Both the position numbers and the translations under genes were made by a program. Positions 30,964 through 40,764 of a DNA stretch of 64,000 bases are shown piece by piece. The notes below the pieces were generated by a model. That model had not been told where the DNA came from, did no database searches, and saw nothing but the letters and a program-made list of their open reading frames with translations. Location: NCBI GenBank assembly GCA_963751455.1, contig CAVVUN010000001.1:160001-224000 (forward strand), written 5' to 3'. Numbering within the stretch: position 1 is the stretch's first letter; each line of letters opens with the position of its first letter. This DNA comes from Nitrospirota bacterium. GTDB taxonomy: Bacteria > Nitrospirota > UBA9217.

Positions 30964-33900
30964 TTACAACGCTTCATCAGCTCCGATGTCCCATAGAGCT
31001 TGGCGGGCCTGCGCGTCAGTGTCATCAGAAAACAGACCGGAACCCGGGTCGCTTACGCCATGGTCCTTCGCCCCGGCATCGCTCGCAGCAAGGTGATAAT
31101 CTCCACTTGCCTCATTCACAAACGTAAACGTTTGCGATATCCGATCATGGGTATTTCCCCCACCAGTCACCGTATACCCCATTGAGGCGTTATTAGTTGC
31201 GTTATAATCCGTACCGGCATCAAACGTCCCTCCCGCAGGCTGATTACACAGATACATAAGATTGTTCTTAGCGATGACACTGCCGCCATTCTGGTACATC
31301 CCCTGATAACAGTTTACTAAAGTGTTGTTGAAGTAATAGGGTGTACCGATACTGGTGTATACACCGCCTATGAAAGTGCCGGCCCCTGACCGGTTCCAGT
31401 CAAGGAACAGGTTGTTAAATATCCTAACAACCGTGTTGGTTTCGGGGCCATTCGAGACCCCGTCTGAGTATGTGACCGTCCCGCTCAGAACTCCCTTAAT
31501 GATGCTATGAGATATCCGTATATCCCCGGCGCCAACGACGTTGGCTGTGCTGATTCCGTTCGCATTCGTTCCGGAAGAGGCGGTGACCTGTATTTGCAGT
31601 CCTTCGATGCGTACGTAATTGGCGGCGATATTAATCGCCTGTCCGGTTGTTTCAATCCGGTACTTACTGGTGTCCCATTTCCCCTGGTGGCGCTCACTTG
31701 CCGGCGTATAAATCCGGATATAATGGTCAGCATCCGTTGTGAATCCCGTTAGATTCACCGCGGTAGTATCCTGCATTGCATAACACTCAATGTAAAGAAT
31801 CCGATTGAGGGCGACCAGGTCAGCGGATTCCGCAGTGAGGGCTGCATTGAGCGAAGTATAATTACCGCCCGATGGTTTGACCGTGACCGTCCGGATAGTT
31901 GGCTGCATGCCGGAGGCTATATATTCATCTGCTCCGATGTCCCATACAGTCTGGCGCGCCTGCCCGTCGATATCATCGGAGTAAAGACCGGAACCCGGAT
32001 CGCTTACACCGTGATCTTTTGCCCCTGCATCACCGGCGGCAAGGTGATAATCTCCATTTGCCGCGTCAACAAATGTAAATGATTGAGATATTCGATCATG
32101 TACATTCCCGCTTCCCGTTACCGTATATCCCATTGTGCCATTGTTAGTTGCGTTATAATCCGTACTGGCATCGAAGACGCCTCCCGCAGGCTGATTACAC
32201 GAATACATAAGGTTGTTCCTGGCGATGACACTACCACCATCCCGGTATATCCCCTGATAACAGTTTATGAAAGTGTTGTTGAAGTAATAGGCCGTACCAA
32301 TGGAGGTGTATACACCGCCTATGAAGGTGCCGGCTCCTGACCTGTTCCAGTCAAGGAACAGGTTGTTAAATATCCTGACGACCGTGGCGGTGTCGGGCGC
32401 ATTCGAGATCCCATCTGTGTATGTAACCGTTCCGCTCAGAACTCCCTTGATGATGCAATGAGATATCCATATATCTCCAACACCAACGACATCCCAAATT
32501 TTTATTCCGTTCGCATTGTTTCCGGAAGAGGCGGTGACCTGTATCTGCAACCCTTCGATGCGAACGTAATTGGCGGCGATATTAATCGCCTGTCCGGTTG
32601 TTTCAATCCGGTACTTACTGGTGTCCCATTTCCCCTGGTGGCGTTCGCTTGCCGGCGTATAAATACGGATATAATGGTCCGCATCCGTGGTGAATCCAGT
32701 CAGGCTTACCGGCGCTGTATCCTGCATCGCGTAGCATTCAATGTAAAGAATCCGATTGAGGGCGACCAGGTCAGCGGATTCCGCAGTGAGGACTGCATTG
32801 AGCGAAGTATAATCACCGCCCGATGGTTTGACCGTGACCGTCCGGATAGTTGGCTGTATGCCGGAGGCTATAATAGTATCAGTGCATGCACTTGACAAAT
32901 TTCCTGCCAGGTCGCTGAACTTTGCGTACACGGTCTTTTCGCCGTCTCCCGGGGTTAACGTCCATACCTTTGTTGTGCCATAGGTCTCAGCGGCTGACCA
33001 TGCAGTATTGTCATTACTAAGCTGCATCTGGGAGCAGCCAATGTCATCACTACAGGAGAGGGTGAGAGTTACAACGCTGTTATTGGTAGAAGCTGCGCCT
33101 TCGTTGATTACGATCGTACCTGTCGGCAGCGTAGTATCGACGCCGACACTTACCAACTCACTTACCATGGATGAAGAAACGGCTGAGGGCTCATCTATAT
33201 ATGCACTTACCGGCCCGCTTTCGATTGAAGAGGAAACCTCCAGAGGCCTATCTATATAGGCGCTGACGGGTCCGGTCGCAAGAGAGGATGACACCAGCGT
33301 CGGCTGATCGATCAGTACACTTATCAGTCCGGCATTATTCATTATTGCCTCGCTCGGTTCGGGACTGAAGGGCTGCGTAACGAATATTACAGACCTGATG
33401 TTCAACGATTCTATGGTTGCTACACCTTCAGCGAGAGCATTTACATTGAACGAAGTCTCTCCACTTAAAGGTATCTGAATTCCTGACGGTACGGAAACAA
33501 TCGATGGATTATCGTTATTCAAGGAAAGTGTAAGGCTTTTGCCGATTAATGGATCTGTACCGGCAGTAATCGAACTGGTACTGCCCGGCGTCAATGCGAA
33601 CTGTCCGGGACTAAAAATGAGCTTTGCCACAAAAATAGAAATACTGCTGGAACCATAAAGATTGCTGCAAGTTATATTTGCTGGCCCTGTCGAAGCACCT
33701 ATAGGCGCGGTAATTTCAACTTTTATTTGCTCATCGCTGTACACTTCCAGAACCTTGATAATAAGGGCCGCATTATCAGATGTTACTCGATTCAGCGTCA
33801 GGAGATTTTGTCCGGAAATGGTAGTGATAACGCTTGAACCAATGAATAAGTAATCCGGATTAATGCTTTCAAGCAGGGGCGGATTGGGGCTGGTTGTATC

Positions 33901-34095
33901 GGTGACTGTAGATAAAAGATTGCCCACCTTATCATATTTGTATAACTGGCCGTCACTGCCGCTTACGACCCGCGTAAGGCGCCCAACATTATCATAAAAA
34001 TAATGTAGTTCATCAGCCGAAGCTGAAGAAAATACGGCAAGGCAGATAATAATCGTCACAGTTGTAAACAGAGATGCTTTTAATGCTCTCCTCAT
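30964..34095 (-). CDS. Large secreted protein: YD-repeat pair, IPT/Ig-like domains, two tandem beta-helix-like domains
   Basis: Signal peptide; YFYDNVGRLTRV..YKYDKVGNLL; duplicated 317-aa module ending WDIGADE. Confidence 0.8.
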   Translation of the reverse strand: MRRALKASLFTTVTIIICLAVFSSASADELHYFYDNVGRLTRVVSGSDGQLYKYDKVGNLLSTVTDTTSPNPPLLESINPDYLFIGSSVITTISGQNLLTLNRVTSDNAALIIKVLEVYSDEQIKVEITAPIGASTGPANITCSNLYGSSSISIFVAKLIFSPGQFALTPGSTSSITAGTDPLIGKSLTLSLNNDNPSIVSVPSGIQIPLSGETSFNVNALAEGVATIESLNIRSVIFVTQPFSPEPSEAIMNNAGLISVLIDQPTLVSSSLATGPVSAYIDRPLEVSSSIESGPVSAYIDEPSAVSSSMVSELVSVGVDTTLPTGTIVINEGAASTNNSVVTLTLSCSDDIGCSQMQLSNDNTAWSAAETYGTTKVWTLTPGDGEKTVYAKFSDLAGNLSSACTDTIIASGIQPTIRTVTVKPSGGDYTSLNAVLTAESADLVALNRILYIECYAMQDTAPVSLTGFTTDADHYIRIYTPASERHQGKWDTSKYRIETTGQAINIAANYVRIEGLQIQVTASSGNNANGIKIWDVVGVGDIWISHCIIKGVLSGTVTYTDGISNAPDTATVVRIFNNLFLDWNRSGAGTFIGGVYTSIGTAYYFNNTFINCYQGIYRDGGSVIARNNLMYSCNQPAGGVFDASTDYNATNNGTMGYTVTGSGNVHDRISQSFTFVDAANGDYHLAAGDAGAKDHGVSDPGSGLYSDDIDGQARQTVWDIGADEYIASGMQPTIRTVTVKPSGGNYTSLNAALTAESADLVALNRILYIECYAMQDTTAVNLTGFTTDADHYIRIYTPASERHQGKWDTSKYRIETTGQAINIAANYVRIEGLQIQVTASSGTNANGISTANVVGAGDIRISHSIIKGVLSGTVTYSDGVSNGPETNTVVRIFNNLFLDWNRSGAGTFIGGVYTSIGTPYYFNNTLVNCYQGMYQNGGSVIAKNNLMYLCNQPAGGTFDAGTDYNATNNASMGYTVTGGGNTHDRISQTFTFVNEASGDYHLAASDAGAKDHGVSDPGSGLFSDDTDAQARQALWDIGADEAL
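30970..32870. repeat. Diverged internal tandem duplication, period 951 bp
   Basis: cggaggcta at 31911 and 32862; long near-identical stretches between the copies. Confidence 0.9.
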
Positions 34096-34403
34096 GGACC
34101 CTCCCTGCCCGCTGCCCTGCAATAATGCGCTTGACGCAATGGCTTCGCTTTATGCAAAAAAGTAATTCAGCAAACTGGCTAGCCAGTGTTGAAAGCAAGT
34201 GAGACCAAGGAAGGGCACTCACATAGCAAATAAGGCGAATGCTTACAGAAAGAAGGATTTTTTAGCAGAAAATGATTTTTTTATTCGTATTTGAATTATA
34301 CTTTGATACTTACTAAAAAAGTACCTCGAAAGGGTGGGATGTCAAGAAAACTAAGGTATGATTTTTATACTAAAGGAATAAATAAGAGTCTACCGGGCGC
34401 ACC

Positions 34404-34432
34404 AAAAAAAACCCCTCCCGAGGGAGGGGCTT
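34404..34432 (-). terminator. Rho-independent terminator
   Basis: CCCCTCCC-ga-GGGAGGGG hairpin with A-tract. Confidence 0.8.
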
Positions 34433-34458
34433 TATACTGCAGATTCGCGAAGTAGTGG

Positions 34459-35895
34459 TTAGATCGTCTTTGACGCCTCGCTTGAATAGCTGCTTTCCAG
34501 TCCGGACACGTCCACGGTAGTCACGACAAAATAATAGGTCCCCGCCGAGAGATTCAGGCTTTTTGTAATCGTGTTCGTTCCCGGATTGGCGACATTCACA
34601 ACAGTATATGTCTGGTTCGTGGCCGTTCTATAATATAGTTTATACTGCGAGACATCGGATGCAGCGTTCAGAGCAGACCCGTCGGTACGTGTAGTAGGCG
34701 CGTCCCAGGTGAGCGTTGCAACGGCTCCCCCCGTAACAGTCAGTGCTGCCGTCGCCGTAACACTTCCCATTGTCGATGTGATAACGGTCGTCCCCGATGC
34801 GACCCCGGTGGCAAGGCCCCTCGAACCGTCCGCATTGCTGATGCTTGCTACAGCAGTAGCAGATGATATCCACGTTACAGCCGTCGTAAGGTCTTGTTTC
34901 GAGTTGTCCGAGAAGGTGCCGGTCGCGGAAAATTGCTGCGAAGTTCCACTGGCTATGGTGGCTGCAGCCGGCACAACTGTGAGAGATACGAGCACCGCCG
35001 GAGTTATTGTCAAGGCACTCGTACCGCTTATGCTTCCTGACGTTGCCCTGATCGTTACGGAACCGGCGCCTACCCCGCTTGCCAGACCGGTGCTGCTGAT
35101 AGTTGCCCGCGTGGCATCCGAGGAGCTCCAGGCAACTGTCTTCGTCACATCTTGAGAGGTATTATCCGAGAATTTTGCCATGGCTGCAAATTGCTGGGTA
35201 GTACCTTTGGCGATGCTGGCTGTGGCCGGCGTCACTGAAATTGATGCAAGTGCAGCTGCTGTAACAGTCAATGCCGCCGATCCGCTTATGCTTCCCAATG
35301 TTGCCCTGATCGTTGCCGAACCAGCGTTTTCTCCCTTTGCCAATCCGGTCGCACTTATTGTTGCTCTGGTCGTATCCGAGGAACTCCAAACTACGGACGA
35401 CGTCACATCCTGGCTTGTGCCATCCGAGAGCGCTCCTGTCGCAATAAACTGCTGCGTGGTCCCTTTGGCGATGCTCGCAGCGGCGGGCGATACCTGTACC
35501 GATATGACTGTTGCCGGCGTTACCGTCACCACACTCGACCCGCTGACGCTTCCCAATGCTGCTGTAATTGTTACCGAACCTGATCCGATCCCGTCTGCCA
35601 GACCTGTGCCGCTGATTGTTGCAAGCGTCGTATCCGATGAACTCCAGGTAACGGACGAGGTGACATTTGCCGTCTTGTTGTTCATGTAGAGGGCCGTTGC
35701 CGTGAACTGCTGAGAGGTGCCGCGCGCTATGACCGGATCCACAGGATCCACTGTAATCGACACAAGCCGAGGTTTATTCTCTTCCTCAGTGCTTGCCAAT
35801 GTTCCCTCCGGGTCTCCGCTTCCGCATGCCGAGATACTTGCTGCCATCAGCGATGCCAAAAAAATCAAGCCAACCTTTTTACTCCACATACTCAT
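34459..35895 (-). CDS. Lipoprotein with four Big_2 Ig-like domains and C-terminal fibronectin type III-like domain
   Basis: Lipobox ISAC; 4x IAKGTTQQF..VTWSSSD; ATLTWDAP..GTYYFVVT..ESSYS. Confidence 0.88.
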   Translation of the reverse strand: MSMWSKKVGLIFLASLMAASISACGSGDPEGTLASTEEENKPRLVSITVDPVDPVIARGTSQQFTATALYMNNKTANVTSSVTWSSSDTTLATISGTGLADGIGSGSVTITAALGSVSGSSVVTVTPATVISVQVSPAAASIAKGTTQQFIATGALSDGTSQDVTSSVVWSSSDTTRATISATGLAKGENAGSATIRATLGSISGSAALTVTAAALASISVTPATASIAKGTTQQFAAMAKFSDNTSQDVTKTVAWSSSDATRATISSTGLASGVGAGSVTIRATSGSISGTSALTITPAVLVSLTVVPAAATIASGTSQQFSATGTFSDNSKQDLTTAVTWISSATAVASISNADGSRGLATGVASGTTVITSTMGSVTATAALTVTGGAVATLTWDAPTTRTDGSALNAASDVSQYKLYYRTATNQTYTVVNVANPGTNTITKSLNLSAGTYYFVVTTVDVSGLESSYSSEASKTI

Positions 35896-36044
35896 GTTAC
35901 CCTCCCCTTTTGGACCGAATTAAACAACATAGAGCATCATTCCCCGCAGCGGCGAATGAAACGTAGTAAACGAAGTCATCAGTAATTCTGTACAGCTTGG
36001 AGAAATAACGACTATAGTGTGATAAACCTCGCGCGCATAATAAT

Positions 36045-36062
36045 CTGTGACCAAAGTCACAG
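36045..36062. promoter_or_regulatory. CRP/FNR-family binding site
   Basis: cTGTGA-ccaaag-TCACAg, matches TGTGA-N6-TCACA, between divergent surface-protein genes. Confidence 0.65.
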
Positions 36063-36566
36063 TTTATCCTGCTCCCAATGTTCTTTCACGGGTGAGTGGA
36101 AGAGGGCTAATTTTCGATACAAATTGTTCAAGGAGAGTTATTGCAATTTGAGCCTCGAAGGATGCCTATTGCCAGGCCACTTATGCAGTTTATTGAGCGG
36201 TAGGGATTGCCAAATTAACGATGGATTGTTTCCGTCCTGTACAACGGCCCCTGACTATGTATCTTTTGGGCACAGGGATTTTAGAAATTGAGTTCTCATC
36301 GCGTTTCAGTCTGCACTCCATGTTTGTTCATAGTTTTTGGAATTCCTCTAAAATTCATTAAACGTCATTAAACTCAGGCTTTATTTCTTAAAACGTGTCC
36401 TCTTAATTGAGGATTTTTGAGTCGCTGCCGAAATGTTCACACTTTTAATTCGGTCCGAAAAGACGTGAGAACCAGGCATTCTCGTTTAGCATAAATCTTG
36501 CTTTAGCCCGTATTGATAAACGTCAGTCCCGGGTCTTTTTTCAACTGCATTGAAAAGGAGGTTCAC

Positions 36567-38543
36567 ATGGCACAAATGAAGAATTTTATTGTTCTCCTTA
36601 TTGTTCTTTTATTTATTACGGTTTTTGTTTCATGTGGTCACAGAAGAAAGCATGGGGGCGCCGGTAACCCGCAGTCCCCGGATGAACAAATTGTAGCGGT
36701 GATACCTTCTCTTCCGCCGTCTTTGCAGAGTGCCGGGGGCAATGGATCGACCGGGACTGGAGGAAACGGCCCGTCCGTATTCATCGCAGCCACGGGCAAG
36801 ATCAATATCATGAAAAACGGAACGGTGGATGCCGGCTTCATTCTGCCCACTACCCGTAATTTCGGAGAAAACCATGTCGTTCTCTCCGCCGAAACGCATG
36901 AGGTACAGCTGAATACGGATAGTATTCCCGGCGGATTGTATATGAAAACCGGGTCAGGCCTGCTGTATCTCGGCAACGGAAACAACGTGCTGGATGAAAC
37001 TTCGATCACGGGCCTCACGGTTCCCGCGGATGCCGTGCTTGTCCTTAATGGCAACGGGGCCCGGTCGTTCCATCACGAGGATTGGACCAATTATGGAGCG
37101 CTCGATCTGGTAAATGATGTCTTGATTGAAGGCAAGATCATCAGCTCTCCCTCTCTTTCAAAAGGCATTGCAATTACTGCGAATCGCATAGAAATAGCGG
37201 AAGGCGGGATAATATCCGCGTCAAGCGTAACAGCGGATGTCCCGGCAAGGGAGATACACCTCACGGCTCAAACGGGCAGAAAGATCGTGAACCGCGGGTT
37301 GATTGAAGCCAGGGGCATGGGTACCGGGAACGGCGGTAATATTTTTTTGAACGCTGACGAACTCGCGAGCAACACCGGCATCATCGACACAAGCGGCGGG
37401 GACACGGATACCGGCGCAGGCGGCAATGGCGGCAACCTCGAGGTCAATGTGTATTACGGCAATTTCTATTCATCGGGAACTGTTCTATTGAACGGCGGTG
37501 CCGGCACGTTGAATGGCGGAAATGGGGGGCGGGCTTCAATAGTAACGCGCGGTATACCGGATTACAGCATAACCAATGTTGAGTTTCCCACTCACGGCGA
37601 CATAATAATCAGCGGCACCTGGGAAGCGAACGGCGGCAACTGCTCGAGCGGCAATGGCGGCAACAGGGGTTCACTCGTGTTCGTCACGAATGCAATGGGC
37701 AGCATTGTCGCAAACGCGGAGCTCTCCGCAAAGGGAGGCAACGGAACCGGGTCGCAGACAGCGTCAGGCGGCGGGGGCGCAGACCACGCGATCGTTTTCC
37801 AATCCTTGAATAAGTACCCGGGCGATGCCTCGGTTCCCGGAAAAATCCGGCTCACAGGCGCGTTCGATGTCAGGGGCGGAGACGGAGAGTTGAATGGAGG
37901 CAATGCCGGTCAGGTTCGGATAGAAGCGTTTGCGGGAAACAAGGACTATACGGGAACAGATGTTGAAGTTATCCTTCCCGACGTTGTCCTGAACGGCGGA
38001 AACGGCGCCTCAAAAGGCGGGGACTCAGGCCGAATCGAAGCGTATACGCTTGTTCCTCAGGACGGTAGCGCGAATTCAGTCCAGAGCTACGCCAACACAA
38101 ATGCTGTGCCGGCAGGTCCGATCGTAAACGAGGCAGCCATCCAGGCAAAAGGCGGTTCGGCCACAAGCACATCCGGCGTCGGTGGTGCGGGAGGCGTCGT
38201 GGTCTTCCAGACTGATGATATTTCTCTGTACAACGGTCCCTCGTTCAGTTCCGTATCAACCACAATCACCAATTCCGGGAACATGGACTGCACCGGCGGC
38301 AACGGTGAACGCGGCGGTGACGCGAAAAGCGTAACAATGACTGCAGCGACCGTTTCAAATACAGGCGATATCGTCTGCAATGGAGGCGCGGGAACTATAA
38401 CCGGGGGCAACGGTGGCGCCGTCACCGTGACTTCGACGCAGGGCACATCTGCTTATACAGGCATTGTTCAGACTTCAGGCGGCACGGGATCATCTCCCGG
38501 CAACAACGGGACACAGACAGTGGATGGTGTAGTCGTTCCTTAA
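36567..38543 (+). CDS. Glycine-rich beta-helical lipoprotein (adhesin-like)
   Basis: AAGGAGG RBS; lipobox FVSC; repeated xNGGxG..GGNGGxVxI coils. Confidence 0.75.
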   Translation: MAQMKNFIVLLIVLLFITVFVSCGHRRKHGGAGNPQSPDEQIVAVIPSLPPSLQSAGGNGSTGTGGNGPSVFIAATGKINIMKNGTVDAGFILPTTRNFGENHVVLSAETHEVQLNTDSIPGGLYMKTGSGLLYLGNGNNVLDETSITGLTVPADAVLVLNGNGARSFHHEDWTNYGALDLVNDVLIEGKIISSPSLSKGIAITANRIEIAEGGIISASSVTADVPAREIHLTAQTGRKIVNRGLIEARGMGTGNGGNIFLNADELASNTGIIDTSGGDTDTGAGGNGGNLEVNVYYGNFYSSGTVLLNGGAGTLNGGNGGRASIVTRGIPDYSITNVEFPTHGDIIISGTWEANGGNCSSGNGGNRGSLVFVTNAMGSIVANAELSAKGGNGTGSQTASGGGGADHAIVFQSLNKYPGDASVPGKIRLTGAFDVRGGDGELNGGNAGQVRIEAFAGNKDYTGTDVEVILPDVVLNGGNGASKGGDSGRIEAYTLVPQDGSANSVQSYANTNAVPAGPIVNEAAIQAKGGSATSTSGVGGAGGVVVFQTDDISLYNGPSFSSVSTTITNSGNMDCTGGNGERGGDAKSVTMTAATVSNTGDIVCNGGAGTITGGNGGAVTVTSTQGTSAYTGIVQTSGGTGSSPGNNGTQTVDGVVVP

Positions 38544-38583
38544 ATCGTCTTGAATAATCATTTCAATTTTCAGTAACCGCGAG

Positions 38584-38612
38584 GGGCAGGACAAATCCTG
38601 CCCTGTTTTTTT
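38584..38612 (+). terminator. Rho-independent terminator
   Basis: GGGCAGGA-caaa-TCCTGCCC followed by T tract. Confidence 0.85.
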
Positions 38613-38794
38613 ATTTGACGGGGAGAGGCCTCTCGTTCTGTTCAATAAAATCTTTTCTTTTTCCGCAAGTTGTGATTTGCATCACTGAAAAAGCAGGAGA
38701 TAAAGTTTAACAAGCAAGCAGTACTTCTGCGACTTTAGTTTATAAAACCAGCGCCCGGGCGGGTTTTCTCTCAGGAAGGACGAGGAGACAACTA

Positions 38795-39754
38795 ATGGAA
38801 AGAACATGGGAAGCACCAGATGTTGATCAATATTTTTATCCCCGCGGCATGAGGCGAATAACCAAAGGACTTCCGTTTGCTGATGAGAAAAACCCGGCAA
38901 TGGCATATACCCTTTCGCTGCTCATGTGGGGAGGAGGCCAGCAATACAGCGGTCAGCGAGTAAAAGGAGTTTTGTTCCGGGTATTCATGCTTGTTCTCAT
39001 GGCATTGATCGCGATCTCTTTCTTGTACCGAGGCGAGCTTCCGACTCTTCTCCAGATGTACGATATTTCTCATGCCGAAGCTTTTTTGTCGGCCGAACTG
39101 CTGTTTTTTTTCATACTGATCTTCTGGACTTGTAATGCGGGCAATGCCTACCATACGGCTGTAAAGGCGAGAAAGGTTCCCTTTCCCGGGATGCAAAGCC
39201 GCATTTGGCCGTTGCTCGGTTCTCTGCTCGTTCCCGGCTGGGGACAATTCTTAAATGGACAACCGCTGAAAGGAAGCATCTTTACGGGTTTTTCGGTGCT
39301 CGGCATTTTTTCACTGGTTTCGGTACCCGCTGTTCTCAGGTACTGGCCTTCGCTGGAAACATCCCAGGCCCGTTCTATCGTTGAAGCAATCTTCGCTGTT
39401 TCCGCTCTCTATGCTCCTCTCATCCCGGTAATATGGCTTTTGAGCGGATATGACGCACTGATTGTAAGCTTCAACGACGCGAAGAAAGAATCGATCGTCG
39501 ACAGGATACTGTTAGGCGTCACGCGTCTGCGAATGGACGGATGGTTCAGCAGCATATGGCCCCGGTTCAAAGCAGTCATCGCCTTTACACTGCTTGCCGC
39601 AGTTATTTCGTTCGTCCTAAACCGCTATAATCCGGTGACTTATTATGGTGCGCATCTGGCAGGCGTCCAGTTGTGGTTGCATCAGCAGGGAATGACGCTG
39701 GTGCCCGACCTCATCAGTGAACTGCTGGCCGGACCGGAATCGCTCGGAAATTGA
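38795..39754 (+). CDS. Integral membrane protein with two TM2/DUF5683-like repeats
   Basis: LSLLMWGGGQQYSGQRVKG and GSLLVPGWGQFLNGQPLKG. Confidence 0.7.
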   Translation: MERTWEAPDVDQYFYPRGMRRITKGLPFADEKNPAMAYTLSLLMWGGGQQYSGQRVKGVLFRVFMLVLMALIAISFLYRGELPTLLQMYDISHAEAFLSAELLFFFILIFWTCNAGNAYHTAVKARKVPFPGMQSRIWPLLGSLLVPGWGQFLNGQPLKGSIFTGFSVLGIFSLVSVPAVLRYWPSLETSQARSIVEAIFAVSALYAPLIPVIWLLSGYDALIVSFNDAKKESIVDRILLGVTRLRMDGWFSSIWPRFKAVIAFTLLAAVISFVLNRYNPVTYYGAHLAGVQLWLHQQGMTLVPDLISELLAGPESLGN

Positions 39755-39766
39755 CGTGATATTTAC

Positions 39767-39808
39767 AAAAAAAGAGCGGAGGCTGGAATGAGTTCGTCCT
39801 CCGCTCTC
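39767..39808 (-). terminator. Terminator hairpin between convergent genes
   Basis: AAAAAAAGAGCGGAGG...CCTCCGCTCT. Confidence 0.7.
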
Positions 39809-39827
39809 AGGTAGAGCTTGCAGCGCA

Positions 39828-40442
39828 TTAGTACCGGAAACCGAGATTCATCGTTGCGGTGTACCCATCCAGTCTAACAGTCAAGCCATCGTATTCCGGC
39901 TTCACCCTGCGATATCTTCCCTCGAATCCAACGTAAAAGCTGTCTGAAAAATTTATATTCAGTCCAACCCCCATATGCGGCCCATAGTCCACTTCCCTGA
40001 AACTGCGATCACTGCCGTTCGCGCTCTCAATTTCGAATCTCGTAAAATATGCTCCGATGCCGGCTTCAGCGTAGGGCTCTACAGGTCCGAGCGGCAAATA
40101 TAGTTTCGCGGACAGGAGCACCGGGATAGCATCAAGCCTTGTTCTACCCGCCCCTATGCCAGGGAACCGCCTGTTCTCAAAGTACCCGATGCCGAACTCC
40201 GTGCCGAATACGGGCACATAGTAATGGCCGAAGCCGATCTCTGCGTTCATTCCATTCCTTCTGTCAAAATCTGTTCCGCTGAATTCATCCATTCTGATTC
40301 TTTCACTGGGATAATAGTAGCCACCCTTAATCGCAGTATAGTCCGGCCGTTTCTGAGATGCGGGCTCAGCCTGTGACAGCCAGGGAGCCAGTACAATGAG
40401 AACGGCCGCTATAACCATGAGTAACATAACTGTTCTTTTCAT
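39828..40442 (-). CDS. Outer membrane beta-barrel protein (OmpA/OmpW-like, 8-stranded)
   Basis: Signal peptide; PYAEAGIG; terminal LGFRY. Confidence 0.8.
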   Translation of the reverse strand: MKRTVMLLMVIAAVLIVLAPWLSQAEPASQKRPDYTAIKGGYYYPSERIRMDEFSGTDFDRRNGMNAEIGFGHYYVPVFGTEFGIGYFENRRFPGIGAGRTRLDAIPVLLSAKLYLPLGPVEPYAEAGIGAYFTRFEIESANGSDRSFREVDYGPHMGVGLNINFSDSFYVGFEGRYRRVKPEYDGLTVRLDGYTATMNLGFRY

Positions 40443-40764
40443 AGTCGACACCTCCTTGCCAGCATTTGACACCGTCTCCTCGAACATTTCCTGACTACTA
40501 TCTCATGGTACCCGTGACTTAGTACGAGATGAGAATCCGCTCGATAAAACGCATTTTAAAAAGCATATCACCTTTACCGATTCAACGTTTATTCATCGAG
40601 TGATCTGCAAAACCGCGAAACCGCAAATCGTACAGTTGCTACGCTTCAATTATACACAAAAAAAAAGTATTATCTAATTCGGGCGGGATACCTTCTACGG
40701 AAGGCGCATTAACGGTTATGATGGGAATGAGAATGAGTCGGTTTGCAGTCAGTAACGTGCCAAG

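Noticed and set aside
30970-32870. 951-bp repeat pair as a DGR template/variable repeat
   Set aside because: Both copies are in frame within one ORF, differences are not adenine-specific, and there is no reverse transcriptase in the window
34140-34260. Possible c-di-GMP riboswitch upstream of the large secreted protein (40500-40700 also inspected)
   Set aside because: Could not find the GCAAA/GNRA two-stem consensus on the coding strand; needs an Infernal scan
36486-36502. sigma54 promoter TTAGCA-TAAATC-TTGCT upstream of the glycine-rich lipoprotein
   Set aside because: Invariant GG at -24 is replaced by AG; too weak to call
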